Origin: Octopus vulgaris
Taxonomy: Eukaryota
Direction: 5' to 3'
Assembly (NCBI GenBank): GCA_951406725.2
Contig: OX597830.1
Coordinates: 67,084,001-67,148,000 of the forward strand
DNA: 64,000 nucleotides
Position numbers and translations under genes: made by a program. Numbering within the stretch: the first letter of the stretch is position 1; each line of letters begins with the position of its first letter. The notes under the pieces are model-generated. The model was not told the origin of the DNA. It was given only the letters and a program-made list of their open reading frames with translations, and made no database searches. Positions 24,440-38,603 of this stretch are shown one piece after another.

Positions 24440-24673
24440 TACCTATTTCTTTATTACCTACAAGGGGCTAAACATAGAGGGGACAAACAAGGACAGACAT
24501 AGGTATTAAGTCGATTACATCGACCCCAGTGCGTAACTGGTACTTAATTTATCGACCTCGAAAGGATGAAAGGCAAAGTCGACCTCGATGGAATTTGAAC
24601 TCAGAACGTAACAGCAGACGAAATACGGCTACGCATTTCGCCCGGCGTGCTAATGATTCTGCCAGCTCGCCAC
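24440..24673 (-). mobile_element. SINE family B (young), next to an older plus-strand copy at 24725-24890
   Basis: Matches the family B consensus. Confidence 0.85.
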
Positions 24674-25171
24674 CTGGTGGACATTATTGCTCAGTATTCA
24701 TGTACTCTTAATATATGCACCGTTATTCGTCTGTCTTTACATTCTGAGTTCAAATTCTGCTGAAGTCAACTTTGCCTTTCATTCTTTCAGGGTTGATAAT
24801 TTAAGTACCAGTTGCATACTGGGGTTGATCTAATTGACTGCCCCCCCCACTACCCCAAAATTTTCAGGCCTTGTGCCTAGAGTAGAAAAGAATATATGCA
24901 CTGTTATAAGACAGCGAGCTGGTAGAGTTGTTAGCTCAAGAACACAACACTTGGACCAGTCTGGGAATGAAACTCAACTCACTACCACATGAGTGTCAGC
25001 CCAATTCTCTTACCACTGAGCTATGCACCTTCGCATTATTTGAATTACCTACTCCTAAATTAATGTGTCAGTGCCTGAGTATTCCACAGACACATGTACT
25101 CATAATGTATGCACCATTAATTCAAGAGTACATTAATGTTACTCAAATGTTTTCATTACTTCATTGCAAAC

Positions 25172-25470
25172 CATTCGTAGCTCTCTCCAAGTTAAACCAC
25201 TATTTCTCTGCATTGAGAGGTGACAGCGCTAGTGTTACAGACATGATTTGAATGTCATTGGAATGAACTGCAAGACAAATTCTTCAAGCTGAGCCAACTG
25301 GTAGGAGACCTAGGAGCAGACCAAGAATGAAATGATTGGATAATGTCTATAGTCTCAATTGGTTATACTCGGGAATTCAGCTGGGAAGAGGAATGATGGA
25401 TGCTTCTGATAGGACCTGACGGAAGAGGTGCCTGAGATCTCTTGACTCATGATTCTCCCTGGAATTGTGG
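25172..25470 (+). mobile_element. Decayed RTE (Expander/Rex3-like) LINE 3' fragment
   Basis: IRSSLQVKPLFLCIER...TARQILQAEPTGRRPRSRPRMK*LD...W...GI, with stops. Confidence 0.7.
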
Positions 25471-26029
25471 GCAAAGAATACAGATAAATCGATGTGTGTG
25501 TGTCCTTGTCTTCACATGATAATTCTTTTCTACTCTAGGGACAGAGCATGAAATTTTGTTTCATAAAGTCAAGTTGAGCAGTTATAAAAACCCTAGATTT
25601 TTGGAAAAACTTTAGTGTTTGTGGGATGTAACTAAACTCCACGACACTCACTCCTTTGAGACATTGGTTATTTTTTATGCCATCTCTATGAAAAATCCAA
25701 CACAGGCATTGTCCATACAGCACTGGCATTGGCCACAACTATAATGTCACTTGGCTTGACTAGTCTTCTCAAGCACAACATATCGCCCATTGTTTGAAGG
25801 GTATTTTTTTACATGGCAGTCAAGCGAAACTGGCATTAGTCATGACTATGATCTCACTTGGCCAGACAGGTCTTCTCAAGTACTACATATCACCAAAGGT
25901 CTCGGTCACTTGTCATTACCTCCGTGAGGTCCAACATTCAAAGATGCAGTCGACTAAACCAATACAAGGCAATACCCCAGCATGGCCACAGATAATGATT
26001 GGAACAAATAAATGAAGATATATCTTTTT

Positions 26030-26302
26030 ATCATCATCATCATCATCATCATCGTTTAGCGTCAGCTTTCCATGCTGGCATGGGTTGGACGGTGCAATTG
26101 GGGTCTGGGAAGCCAGAAGGCTGCACCAGGCCCAGTCTGATCTGGCAATGTTTCTACAGGCTGGATGCCCTTCCTAACGCCAACCACTCCATGAGTGTAG
26201 TGGGTTCTTTTTACGTGCCAGATGAGGCTGGCAAATGACCACGAGTGGATGGTGCTTTTTACATGCCACTGGCACGGGGGCCAGTCGGGGCGGCGCTGGC
26301 AA
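26030..26302 (-). mobile_element. SINE family D, (GAT)n-tailed with RTE-like 3' end. Other copies at about 29268-29578+, 34260-34610-, 36920-37225+, 37228-37700-, 39445-39720, 43787-43948+, 52465-52778+, 53595-53955+, 54203-54561+, 61885-62134+
   Basis: Shared AGTGGTTGGCGTTAGGAAGGGCATCCAGCTGTAGAAAC..CCAACCCATGCTAGCATGGAAA..GACGTTAAACGATGATGAT. Confidence 0.85.
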
Positions 26303-26718
26303 TTGATTCAAAATATTTATATTTTTTATTAATTTTATAAACCCGCCTCCTTCCACCACCCTATCCTTTACTTCACCGCTAACTTCTCCGGTTTCTATTT
26401 AAAATCATTAAATTGTCTCTTATATTAAATACATATTAATAGTCTGTTTCATTATTGTACACATTTTATTAACCTATTTCATTTATTTACTGCTCGTTAA
26501 GTTGAGTAATAAATTTTTCAATCAAGGTATAATTTCAAATTCTTTTATGTTCTTATCTGTTTCCATTCTTTACTTTACAACCATAACTTTTAGATAATTG
26601 TAATCATTTGTTTCATAAAGACACTGCTGGTCTCTTGTTATTAGTAGTTAGTCATTGCTAATTAAGTTGGCACTAGTTTTTATATAATCTCTATTTTCAT
26701 TTTTTTTTTGTTGCAGTC

Positions 26719-26743
26719 ATGTTTAGTTATGATGCTATCACTG
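26719..26743 (+). CDS. Candidate first coding micro-exon (MFSYDAIT) of an uncharacterised gene
   Basis: Strong acceptor TTTTCATTTTTTTTTTGTTGCAG at 26716, ATG at 26719, donor G|GTAATT in phase 1, matching the 43989 exon. Confidence 0.45.
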
Positions 26744-26944
26744 GTAATTGTTTCTCACATTTTAACTACTATAGGTGCAGGCATGGCTGTGTGGTAAGAA
26801 ACTTGATTCCTAGACACATGGTTCCAGGTTCAGTCCCACTGTGTGGTACTTTGGACAAGTATCTTTTACTATAGCTCCAAGTTGACCAAACCCTTATGAA
26901 TGGATTTGGGAGACGGAAACTGAAATAAGCCTGTTGTATATATG

Positions 26945-26982
<38 letters not shown>

Positions 26983-27184
26983 GATATACATATCCAAGTT
27001 TGTATGATTGTGTATAGAATATATTAATCAACGAATTTCCAACTTAGTCTGATTTTCATGTTTTATTGTTTGCAATTTTTACCATTTTACAATTTCATAA
27101 TTTTGAAATAAACTAATACTTTCATGCATTATGCAATCATCAGGTTTATATAGTAACAGCTGTGTTCCACAATTGACAACTGTG

Positions 27185-27215
<31 letters not shown>

Positions 27216-27961
27216 CTGTTTGTCCCACTACCGACACTTAACAACCACTCTCATTGTGTTTACGTTCCCATAACTTAGCAGTTTGATGAAAGAGTTTGAT
27301 AGAATAAGTACCAGGCTTAAAAAAAAAATACTGGTGTTGATTCATTCAACTAAAACCTTTCAAGGTGGTGCTCCAGCATGGCCACAGTCTAATGATTGAA
27401 GCATGTAAGAGATTGACTCTCAAACTTATAGTTGAGTACTTTAGTATGGCCAGTTGTAGCTTCTTTGGAACTTGTAACACCCTGGAATGAGTTTGTGTGT
27501 GCAACAGAACTAACAGTCCGAAATGTGTCAAATCTAAAAACAAGTCTACCTGATTTAGTTATAAATGTAAGAACTATAGCTATAAATGCAGTTTCATATT
27601 GGCAGTAAAATGTAAGGTAGCTGATTGTTAATGTAACTATAGGAATAGTTGAAACAACATCATCTAATCAGTCTTTCTTTTACTGTTCATTGTGAGGTTT
27701 ATATATAAGCATGACAGACATTTACATCTATGTTATGGGTTTAATGTGTTTATTTAATTTATGAATGCAGCTACACTGGTGTGGCTGTAGAGTTGAGAAG
27801 CTTGGTTCCCAGCCATGCTTCTCAGGTTTGGTGTTACTCTGCTGCTTGGGTCAGTATCTTCTACTATAGCCTTGGGCTGACCAAAACCTTGTTAGTGAAT
27901 TTGGTAGAGGGAAACTGAAAGAAGCCCACTGTGTGTGCTTGTGTGTGTGCTGTGTGTATGT

Positions 27962-27992
<31 letters not shown>

Positions 27993-28073
27993 GGCTCAAC
28001 CAATGTGAAGCACATTGTGACCAGCGATGTATAGCAACATCTGATAGCCTGATCGGTCACGGTGATCACGGTG

Positions 28074-28242
<169 letters not shown>

Positions 28243-28649
28243 CACACATGTATGTGTGTGTGTATGTGTATATATACATGTGCTGGCACAGTGTAAAAGG
28301 CACCCACATTGGCACCACTTCTGCCATTGTCCAAAGGGTCCCTCTTTCTGAGGTAATAAGGTGTGATTTTGAAGGATATTTGTCTGCTATTTCTAACAGG
28401 TCAAATTAAGTTAGTCTTTGATGTATTAGACAAAGAGTCTAGTTGGATACATAGAACTTAGGACTTTGGGCTTCCACAAGTTCTAGGGCTCAAAATAATA
28501 GACCTTAACCTGATATCCATGACATATAAGTGACTAAGGTTATGATATTCCTCCCCTGGACATGACATTAGTCTGTCGAAGGGTTAACTTTCCAACTATT
28601 TACAGTTACAGCTGAGTGAACTGGAGTAGCAGGAATTGAAGTGGTTTAC

Positions 28650-29062
28650 TCTTTTTACTCTTTTACTCTTTTCAGTCACTTGACTGCGGCCATGCTGGAG
28701 CACCGCCTTTAGTTGATGAAATCGACCCCAGGACTTACACTTTGTAAACCTAGTAATTATTATATTGGTCTCTTTTGCCAAACCGCTAAGTTACGGGGAC
28801 ATAAACACACAAGCATAGGTTGTCAAGCGATGTTGGGGAATAAACACAGAAACACAAACACATACACACACATACATACATACATATATATATACATATA
28901 TATGGCAGGTTTCTTTCAGTTTCTGTCTACCAAGTCCACTCATAAGGCTTTGGTCAGCCCAAGGCTATAGTAGAAGACACTTGCCCAAAATGCCACACAG
29001 TGGGACTGAACCCGGAACCATGTGGTTGGTAAGCAAGCTACTTACTACACAGCCACTCCTGC
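28650..29062 (-). mobile_element. SINE family A
   Basis: Reverse-complement copy with many CpG-to-TpG/CpA changes. Confidence 0.88.
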
Positions 29063-29135
29063 CAAGAACATAATGAAGCACCCAGTTTGGGAATTGACAC
29101 CACAATCTTACAATCATGAGTACAACACCCTAACC

Positions 29136-29776
29136 CAGTGGTTCTCAACCAGGGTCCATATAAGATTTTGTGGGGTCCATATAAGATTTTGAGGGGTCCA
29201 TGCTACAAAATAGTACATTGGACATCCACAATAGTATTTTAAGGGCCTGTGAAAAAATTTTACTTCAGGGCACGTAAAAAGTACCATCTGAACGTGGCCG
29301 ATGCCAGCGCTGCCTTGACTGGCTTTTGTGCTGGTGGCATGTAAAAAGTACCAACCGATCGTAGCCGCTGCCATCCTCCCCTGGCACCTGTGGTGGTGGC
29401 ATGTAAAAAGCACCCACTACACTCACGGAGTTGTTGGCATTAGGAAGGGCATTCAGCTGTAGAAACACTGCCAGATCAGAGTGTAGCCTGGTGCAGCCTC
29501 CTGGCTTCCCAGATCCCAGTCAAACCGTCCAACCCGTGCTAGCATGGAAAACGGATGTTAAATGATGATGATAATGATGTATGTATTGGTATGAATTGCA
29601 AGAAACAAGCATAATTCCACCTACAGAAGTTAAAGTAGGAAAAACAAAACACAAATTTTGAAAGAAGTATCGATAAAAGTAGTTTTTAAACATCAAATGA
29701 TGGCTATGAGGGATGTCCACCAAAAAGAAGTAATTATCAAAGGGGTCCATAGATAAACAATGGTTTAGAACCCCTG
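29136..29776. mobile_element. hAT-type MITE with nested SINE D; same family as 57724-58391
   Basis: TIR CAGTGGTTCTCAACC / GGTTTAGAACCCCTG, with subterminal GGGGTCCAT repeats. Confidence 0.75.
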
Positions 29777-29808
29777 CTTTCATTTTCCAGTGATTAGGTG
29801 AGGAAGGC

Positions 29809-30225
29809 TCAAGGCGATGGGCTGGCAGAAACGTTAGCACGCTGGGCGAAATGCTTAGCAGTATTTCGTCTGTCTTTACGTTCTGAGTTCAAATTCTGCT
29901 GAGGTCGACTTTGCCTTTCATCCTTTCAGGGTCAATAAATTAAGTACCAGTTACGCACTAGGGTCAATATAATCGACTTAATCCATTTGTCTGTGCTTGT
30001 TTGTCCCCTCTGTGTTTAGCCCCTTGTGGGTAGTAAAGAAATAGGTATTTCGTCTGCCGTTACGGTCTGAGTTCAAATTCCGCCGAGGTCGACTCTGCCT
30101 TTCGTCCTTTCGGGGTCGATAAATTAAGTACCAGTTACGCACTGGGGTCGATATAATCGACTTAATCCGTTTGTCTGTGCTTGTTTGTCCCCTCTGTGTT
30201 TAGCCCCCTGTGGGTGGTAAAGAAA
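29809..30225 (+). mobile_element. SINE family B tandem dimer
   Basis: A full unit followed by a 5'-truncated unit, both inside one 14-bp TSD TAGGTGAGGAAGGC. Confidence 0.88.
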
Positions 30226-31984
30226 TAGGTGAGGAAGGCAGACAAATTCAAGCCTTATACATGCAGAATGAATGCAGGTCAGAAAGATTGCTATCAGGAC
30301 ACACTTTGAAAGTGCAGTCTGACAAGAAACTCTACAATCCAAGAAATGCATAACGGACAGAGCCCATAGGCAAGCAGTAGTTTGTAAGTGATTTTGGTCA
30401 GTGTGTACTGCTGTTCCTCTTCAAAAATTGTCAAGAATATCCGGTAATAATAAATGACCTTAAACATTGAATGTATTATTAATAAAATATGGAATAAAAA
30501 AAAATATTAACCAAAAGCAAAACTGAATGAATACGATAACGTTGAAATTTCCATAGATGCAGACATGTCCACTTAACTAGAATGTTAATTGTATAGTTCG
30601 ATATTTCTTGTTGAAGGCCAAATTGACATTTATCCAGTTATACTTCGGTTATACTACACTAATTTTCTACTCTGCATTTCTCCCCTCCCCCCATTTTTCA
30701 TCCTCTTTCTCTTACTCCTCTATCATCATTACTCCATTAAATCTCTCTCCCTGTCATTCGTTTTGCTAGCTTCCATTTTCTTTATCTCTTCCTTTCTCAT
30801 GCCTTTTCCTCTATTGTCTTGTCTACTGTCTCTTTTATCTGTCTGTCTGTTCATCTCTCTCTTAATTTCTCTCTGTTTTTCTCTTTCCCTCTTCTCTCCT
30901 GTCTCTTGTATTACCGTTTCCTTTCTCCATATCTCGTATTATCGCTCTCAAATTCTCTAAATCATTATTCATTAATTATCCTCTTCATACAGTCCGACAT
31001 CAGAAGAATCGCCATTTCACTTTATTTGAAACAAACCTGCAATTTAACCTTGGAAGCTCATTTTCATTGGTCAAAACTTGGACACTCTTACTTCATTGGT
31101 GGAAATTTAAGACAGCAAATTTGAAATTAATGAATCTATTGGTATTGAAAGAATAAAGGAACAAATGATAACCCTGTGGAGTCTGTACATAAATATAATG
31201 AACTTGACCTATTTGTGGCTTTGATAATAAGATTAAGAAATTATGTAACACATAAATTAATTAACTCCTTAAAACAAAATAATTCTAGACTTGCTCATCA
31301 AATTTTGTTTTAAATTCATTAATATAATCTCAAAAATTGTCCTTCCTGTTTAGAGTTAATAAATTCATACACTCTCTGGTGTTTCATAATTAACACTAAT
31401 TATCAAAGCTGCAACTTCATATGATTTATTCTTGAGAATGAACGACTAAGGAAATGACTCCTCAGGGGCGCCTTCTGTATGAGTTGTTGGCTGTTATATA
31501 GTGTAAGGTATATTGTCGTGAGAACAGTGTCTCATAAGCTCTTGGTTTGATAATTTTCAGTGCTACTGCAATCTTTGTTGTCATACAGTCCATCCTCTGT
31601 TCACCATAACCTGCCTACATGTATATTTGCTGACATGTTTTGCAGCTAGTACACAAAAGAAATTAATGTGGACACAAAAGGTTAGTTATGTACAATGATG
31701 TAGTAATTAATATAATTATTATACACACACACACACACTCATTTATGTATATGTATATATGACATATTTACCGATACAAATATATGTAGATCTTTATGCG
31801 TGCATGTGTGTAGGTATGTATATTGGTCTCTGTATATATATGTATATATACCTAACTTGGAAATGGGTATAAGTTGGCAACAAGAAGGGCATTTAGCTGT
31901 AGAAAATCTTCATTGATAAATTCTATCTGGTCCATTCAAACATGGAAATGTAGATGTTAAAATGCTGGTGATGTACATAATTCA

Positions 31985-32040
<56 letters not shown>

Positions 32041-33697
32041 TTTTAAGTGATGATGTCTCATGTAAAAATGTATCATGTTTAGGCTGAAAGGGAGTTTATG
32101 TATGCAACTACATACAGAAGCTCCCTTTCAGACTTCCATTTTTGATCCAGCAAAACATCTAGGATGCAACAGCATGAGGGAGAGAGAAGACAGCGCCAAT
32201 AATCAATTGGTACCCATTACAGTTGACTTGACTGAAACAATGTGAAACGATCACCTGGTTCAGGTATCAAACTCCTAAACTCATGATCATGAGTCCAGTT
32301 CCTTAACCACTTGGCTACATGGTTGGTTGCTACATAGCTGTAACAACTGATGTAGAAGTTAAAAGAAAATAACCCAGACATCATCATTAAGGATTAATCT
32401 GGGAAAAAATATTTCTACATCAATATACCAATATTTCATCAATATATCAATCTGTTTTGATCAAAATGTTGTTTTGAAAGATAATCAATATATTCGTTTT
32501 ACGGAAGAGAAGGTGATGGGTGGTCAAATTGCTAGAGTGTCAGAAAACTAATGTGTAGAATTTAGACATAACTATTTGAATTTTCTACTAGGTGCTGGCA
32601 TGGCTGTGTGGTAATAAATTTGCTTCTCAGTCACAGACACAGACACACACACACATGATAGGCTTCTTTCGGTTTCTATCTAACCAAATCCACTCGCAAG
32701 GCTTTGGTCAGCTTAGGGTTATAGTAGAAGATGCTTGTCCAATGTGTCATGAAATGGTACTGAACCTGAGACCATGTTGTGGTTTACTGTCATAATAGGT
32801 CCAGTGTATTGAATTGTCCAGGGTCCTATAATCTTGCTAAGATAGCCTTGCATACAATGCAATGATCAAGGCTGGAATATCATTTATCTTAGATCTGATT
32901 GACTTATGACAAAACAAGGGCAACATTTATTTGCAATTTTTGTAAGACAAATATAGTTAGGTGTTGTGTCAAGGTTGTCTAAGTCTCTAGTCATCTCAAC
33001 AAACAAACATATTCTCTGTTCATTTCTAACTCAACAATTGGCTAATCAATTATTTGCTTCTAATTTGTTCGTCACATACATAAATAATTTTAAACTCATC
33101 CAAATATTACCAATTACAGTTACGACTTACCATTCTCTTGAAAACCTAATGAATATTATTTTTTTACGTCTTCTGAAAACAGAAATCTTTATTATTATTA
33201 TTACTATTATTATTATTATTATTTTGTTATCTCAGTTTTACTACGTAACAAAGTAAACCAAGATTTAGAAGTCAGTTTTAATTTGAAATTATTCTAAATA
33301 TTTATTGAAAGAAAAATGAATTGTTTTTTTTTTTTAGTTTTCATTCATATTTACCATATTTATTGATACTGTAATTGTAAATTCAGATTTTGTTATATTT
33401 TCTGTTTTGCTAATTCTATTAGAATTCATTGCTTTTAATATTCCATCTAGTTACTCTTGTCATATTGTCATTTATTTGGCCGCATTACAATTTCCTATTT
33501 TAACGATCCTTGTTATCGGCTAATTATATAGAATTTTATTGAAGTAGGCGATGTATCACTCTCTTTGTTTTGATTGAATTAAACATTAGTTTCGGAGATT
33601 TACTTTTTTCTTTCATTTAGTTACATTTTATTTCTTCTGAATTTAATAATTGTCTGAAATAACACGGATAATAATAATGGTGATGATGATGATGATG

Positions 33698-33731
<34 letters not shown>

Positions 33732-33732
<1 letters not shown>

Positions 33733-34234
33733 TGGAAGTGTTATCATGTACATTGTTTTGTCTTGGTATAAAAGATGGGTTACAGTAAATATTCTGCTCA
33801 ATACCACGGATTTGCCTGTCAGTTGTTTGACCTTAACCAGTTGACCATGTCCTTTAGTGGCTGACGATATGTGCATCTCTGATCACAAGCAGAAGTAGTG
33901 GGGGAGCATCATAGCCATGTGTTGTAAGGAATTCTTGGAGGTTTGGATAATTCACTTCTGGAATCATGGGTAATTCGTTCAGCATCCTTAAACAACTCTT
34001 ATTCAGGGACCTTTTGAGCGGTATGGGCTACTCAACCTGAAGAAAATTCTAACTGGGCCCCACCTGCAAGGTCATGTGCTGTTTATCTTGATATGAGATT
34101 ACCATTTCATGCACATATGGTTGTGATGCATGTGCCTGGTGTACCCTTATCAGACAGGTAGTCATGATGGGTATACTGGGCTTTGTATACTTTACCCCAG
34201 TGTCACTTTGATGGCATACACTGCTCTCTCACTC
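33732..34234 (+). mobile_element. Unclassified 500-bp element embedded in (AAT)n
   Basis: Higher-GC block bounded sharply by AAT repeats on both sides, with no ORF. Confidence 0.5.
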
Positions 34235-35005
34235 AATAATAATAATGATAATAATAATATCATCATCAGCATTTAACATCCATTTTCTATGATACTATGG
34301 GCTGGACAATTATAGGGGCCAGCCAGGCTCCAGTTGTTTATGTTGGCATGGTTTCTATGGCAGGTGCCCTTTCTAATGCCAACCACTTTACAGAGAGTGC
34401 TGGGTGCTTTTTTATGTGGAGCCATCGTGGGTGCATTTTACGTGGCACCTGCATGTGTGCTCTATGCATTGCACTGGCATGGGTGTTTCTTATGTGACAC
34501 CTGTACAGATTGCTTTTTACTTGACATTGGCATGAGTGCTTTTGTGTGAGTTTGGCACAGGTGCTTTTACATGGCACCGGCACAGGTGCATTTTATGTGG
34601 CATCAGCACAACAATAATAGTTCTTTCTCATTTTGGAACAAAGCCAGAAATTTTGAGGGGTTGGAGAAGTTGCTTACCTCAACTCTTGTAGGTGACTGGT
34701 ATGTTTTTTTTTTTACCCCAAAATGATGAAAAATAAAGTTGATCCAGACAAATTTAACTCAGCATGATGATAATAATTCTTTATAATTTTGGCTTTAGGC
34801 CAGAAGTCACTTGTATTGACTTGTATTTGGCTTTAGGGGAAGTCACTTGTATTGAATCCAATGCGCAACTGGTATTTATTATACAGACGCTGAGAGGATG
34901 AAAGTGAAGTTGACTTTGGTGGAATTTGAACTCAGTACCTAAAGCTAGAAGAAATGCCACTACACGTTTTGTCCAATATGCTAATATTTCTGCTTCCTCA
35001 CCACC

Positions 35006-35071
<66 letters not shown>

Positions 35072-35220
35072 GGCACACTTGCAGAAAATAGCACTGCTTA
35101 GGACTGCTCGAATACTCCAGGTGGTACTCAAAAAATAAGGGGTGTTACCTTAGTTCACTGGTAGTGAACAGCTGACACTGTAGTACATCTCCAGCATTAG
35201 AAGCTGTACAAAGACAATGA
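35072..35220 (+). mobile_element. R4/Dong-like 3' end within (AAT)n
   Basis: HLQKIALLRTARILQVVLKK* parallels HLQKSSLLGTARILRRVFEV* at 790-854. The UTR shares GTG.ACAGCTGACACT. Confidence 0.8.
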
Positions 35221-35286
<66 letters not shown>

Positions 35287-36317
35287 GATAATAATAATAA
35301 TAATTCTAAGAAGAAGAAGAATCTTTTCTACTATAAGGTATAAGACCTGAAATTTTGATGGAGATGGCTAGTTGATTACATTGGTCCCAATGCTCACCTG
35401 ATACTTATTTTATCAAACCTGAAAGGATGAAAGGCAAAGCTGACTTTAGTGGAATTTGAGCTCGGAACATAAGGTCAGAAAAATGCCATGAAGCATTCTG
35501 TCCAGTTTTAACGGTTCTGCTAGCTGAACACCTTAATAATAATAATAATGATGATGATGACGCCGATGCCGACGACGACAATAGTAATAACAGGAATAAT
35601 TGTTTCTTTATTGACATAAAACACTTTAGTCATAGTAATCTATAGATACAGGTGTTGCTATGTGGTAAGAAGCTTACTTCCCAATCTCATGGTTCCAGGT
35701 TCAGTCCCAAGTGTCTTCTTGTGAGTGGATTTGGTAAGTGAAACTTGTGTGTGTGTGTATATATATATGTGTGTGTGTGTGTGTTTGTATGTGTATATAT
35801 TCGTGTGTGTGTGTGCGCGCACACGAATGCGTGTGTGAGTCCTTGTGTTTGAGTGTGTGTGCGAATCTACCGCTTGACAACTGGATTTGGTTTGTTTATG
35901 TTCTTGTAACTTAGTGGTTCAGCAAAAGAATTTAAAAAAACAATAGAATAAGCATCAGGTTTTACAAAAATGAGTACTGGGGTTTATCTATTTGACAAAT
36001 AGACCCTTCACGATGGTGCTCCAGCATGACTGCAGTTCAAAGACTGAAGTAAGTTTAAGAATAAAGATAAAAAGGATTGTAATTGTCGTATGAAGGAGAG
36101 TGGAGGGTGAGGTATTTGTGAAAACATGTTGTTCATGCCTCGCTCAAGAACATTAATGATGCTTATGAAATAAAATGACTTCAGTCATGTTTGAAAAGCA
36201 CTCCATAAACAGTTCAAGCCAATAAAATTATATTTAATGATTAAAACATTAAACAGCTGAACAACTGAAACGGACAATAAAAGCAAAACAATATTACTTA
36301 ATAATAGCTAATATTCA

Positions 36318-36541
<224 letters not shown>

Positions 36542-36805
36542 CTTTAACGTCTATTTTCCATGCTGGCATGGGTTGGACAGTTCCAGTCTGATTTAGCTAG
36601 GTTACTATGGGTTGATGCCCTTCCTAATGCCAACCACTTTAGAGTGTGTGTGTGTTGGGTGCTCTTAACCTGGTACCTTAGGAGATGCCTGTTTTTTTTA
36701 TTTACTTTTTACTTGTTTCACTCATTGGATTGTGGTCATGCTGGGGCTCCACTTCGAAGGGTTGTCAACCAAATCGCACCTGCCCCCACTTCACAGTGCT
36801 TTTGT

Positions 36806-38603
36806 TTTTGCTAAACCACTAAGTTATGGGAACGTAAACAAACTAACACCACTTATTAAGAAGTGGTGAGGAGACAAACATGCATATGCACATATACATA
36901 CGCACTTACATATATTTATACTTGGTGACCCTGCTAGTGCTGGTGCCATGTAAAAAGCATCCAGTCCACACTGTGAAGTGGTTGGCATTTGGAAGGGTAT
37001 CCAGCTGTAAAAACCATGCCAAAGCTGACCTTGGCTGTGCTGATGCCATGTAAAAGGCACTCAGTCCACTCTGTGGGGTGGTTGGTGTTGGGAAGGGCAT
37101 CCAGCCATAAAACACCATGCTAAAATAGACACAGTAGCTTGGTATAGTCTTCTATCTGGTTGGCTCCTGTCAAACCATCCAACTTATGCCAGCATAGAAG
37201 ACAGACATTAAATGATGATGATGATCATCATCATCATTTAATGTCCGCTTTCCATGCTAGTGTGGGTTGGACGATTTGACTGAGGACTGGAGAACTAGAT
37301 GGCTGCACCAGGCTCCAATCTGATCTGGCAGAGTTTCTACAGCTAGATGCCCTTCCTAATGCTAACCACTCCAAGAGTGTAGTGGGTGCTTTTACATGCC
37401 ACTGGCACGAGGGCCAGTCAGGAAGTACTGGCAATGGCCACACTCAAATGGTGTTTTTTTTTATGTGTCACCTGCACAGGAGCCAGTCCAGCGGCACTGG
37501 CAATGACCTTGCTCAAATGTTTTTTCACTTGCCACTGGGACAAGTGCCAGTAAGGTGACGCTGGTAACGGTCGTGCTTGAATGGTTCTTTTTACGTGCCA
37601 CCGGCACGGAAGCCAGTCAGCTGCTCTGGCAATGATCACACTCAGATGGTGCTCTTAGCACTCCACTAGCATGGATGCCAGTCATCAAATTTTATTTCGA
37701 TTTCGATTGATGATGATGATAATACACATACACACACACACACACTCATATAGACATAGAAAAATAAAGGGGAACAGGTTTGAAACATTCAGTTGTATGC
37801 TAGAAAATACAGTATATTGTAAAATGGTTAACTACCATACAACAAGCACAATAGTAGATACCATTTTATGAATTTCATAAAACAGATAATATAATTTGTT
37901 ATTAATTATACAATCAATAACAAGACTTGCAACCAACGTATTTGACAAAGCTTTATTTTTTATAAATACTTTGTACTTTTTTTATAAATATTTATTTTTT
38001 ATAGTTTGGCCTTTCCAGGTCCCCTGGGACAAAAAAGGTCAATGCTGTTGATGTATCTTTTGAGAAATTATGATTGGACAACAGCAAATAAAAAAAACAG
38101 GCAGGGAGGGAATTATAAAGGAGTAATGTTTCGTGGTAGAAGGATTGACAGTAGGTTAGTGTGGTGGGGCCTAGGAAAGAAGACACAGTATGTGTGGTGA
38201 GACTAGAAAATCAGGTAGGCCTATTACTGTAAATACTAGGTGACAGAAGAATCTGAAAAGAACCAAGACACTCTGAGACTCATCCAACTGATGGTTTTTT
38301 ATGGTTGGATGCCCTTCCCAACACCAACCACCCCACAGAGTGGACTGAGTGCCTTTTACATGGCATCAGCACAGCCAAGGTCAGTTTTGGCATGGTTTTT
38401 ACAGCTGGATACCCTTCCAAATGTCAACCACTTCACAGTGTGGACTGCATGCTTTTTACATGGCACCAGCACTAGCAGGGTCACCAAGTATAAATATATG
38501 TAAGTGTGTATGTATGTGTGCATATGTGTGTTTGTCTCCCCACCACTTCTTAATAAGTGGTGTTAGTTTGTTTACGTTCCCGTAACTTAGTGGTTTAGCA
38601 AAA
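36806..38603. repeat. Local inverted duplication of about 313 bp (36806-37118 vs 38291-38603)
   Basis: ORF pairs 36824-37060(-)/38349-38585(+) are nearly identical and share the same SINE A/SINE D junction. Confidence 0.9.

Noticed and set aside
30993-31680. Possible extra exons after AG acceptors at about 30992, 31560 and 31645 (also 40629)
   Set aside because: No open frame with donor phases compatible with the other exons; could be UTR or non-coding, and unsupported without RNA data.
34400-34610. CRISPR-like repeat-spacer appearance of the GGCAC..AAAAAGCAC modules
   Set aside because: Degenerate repeats of irregular period inside a eukaryotic SINE; no cas genes.
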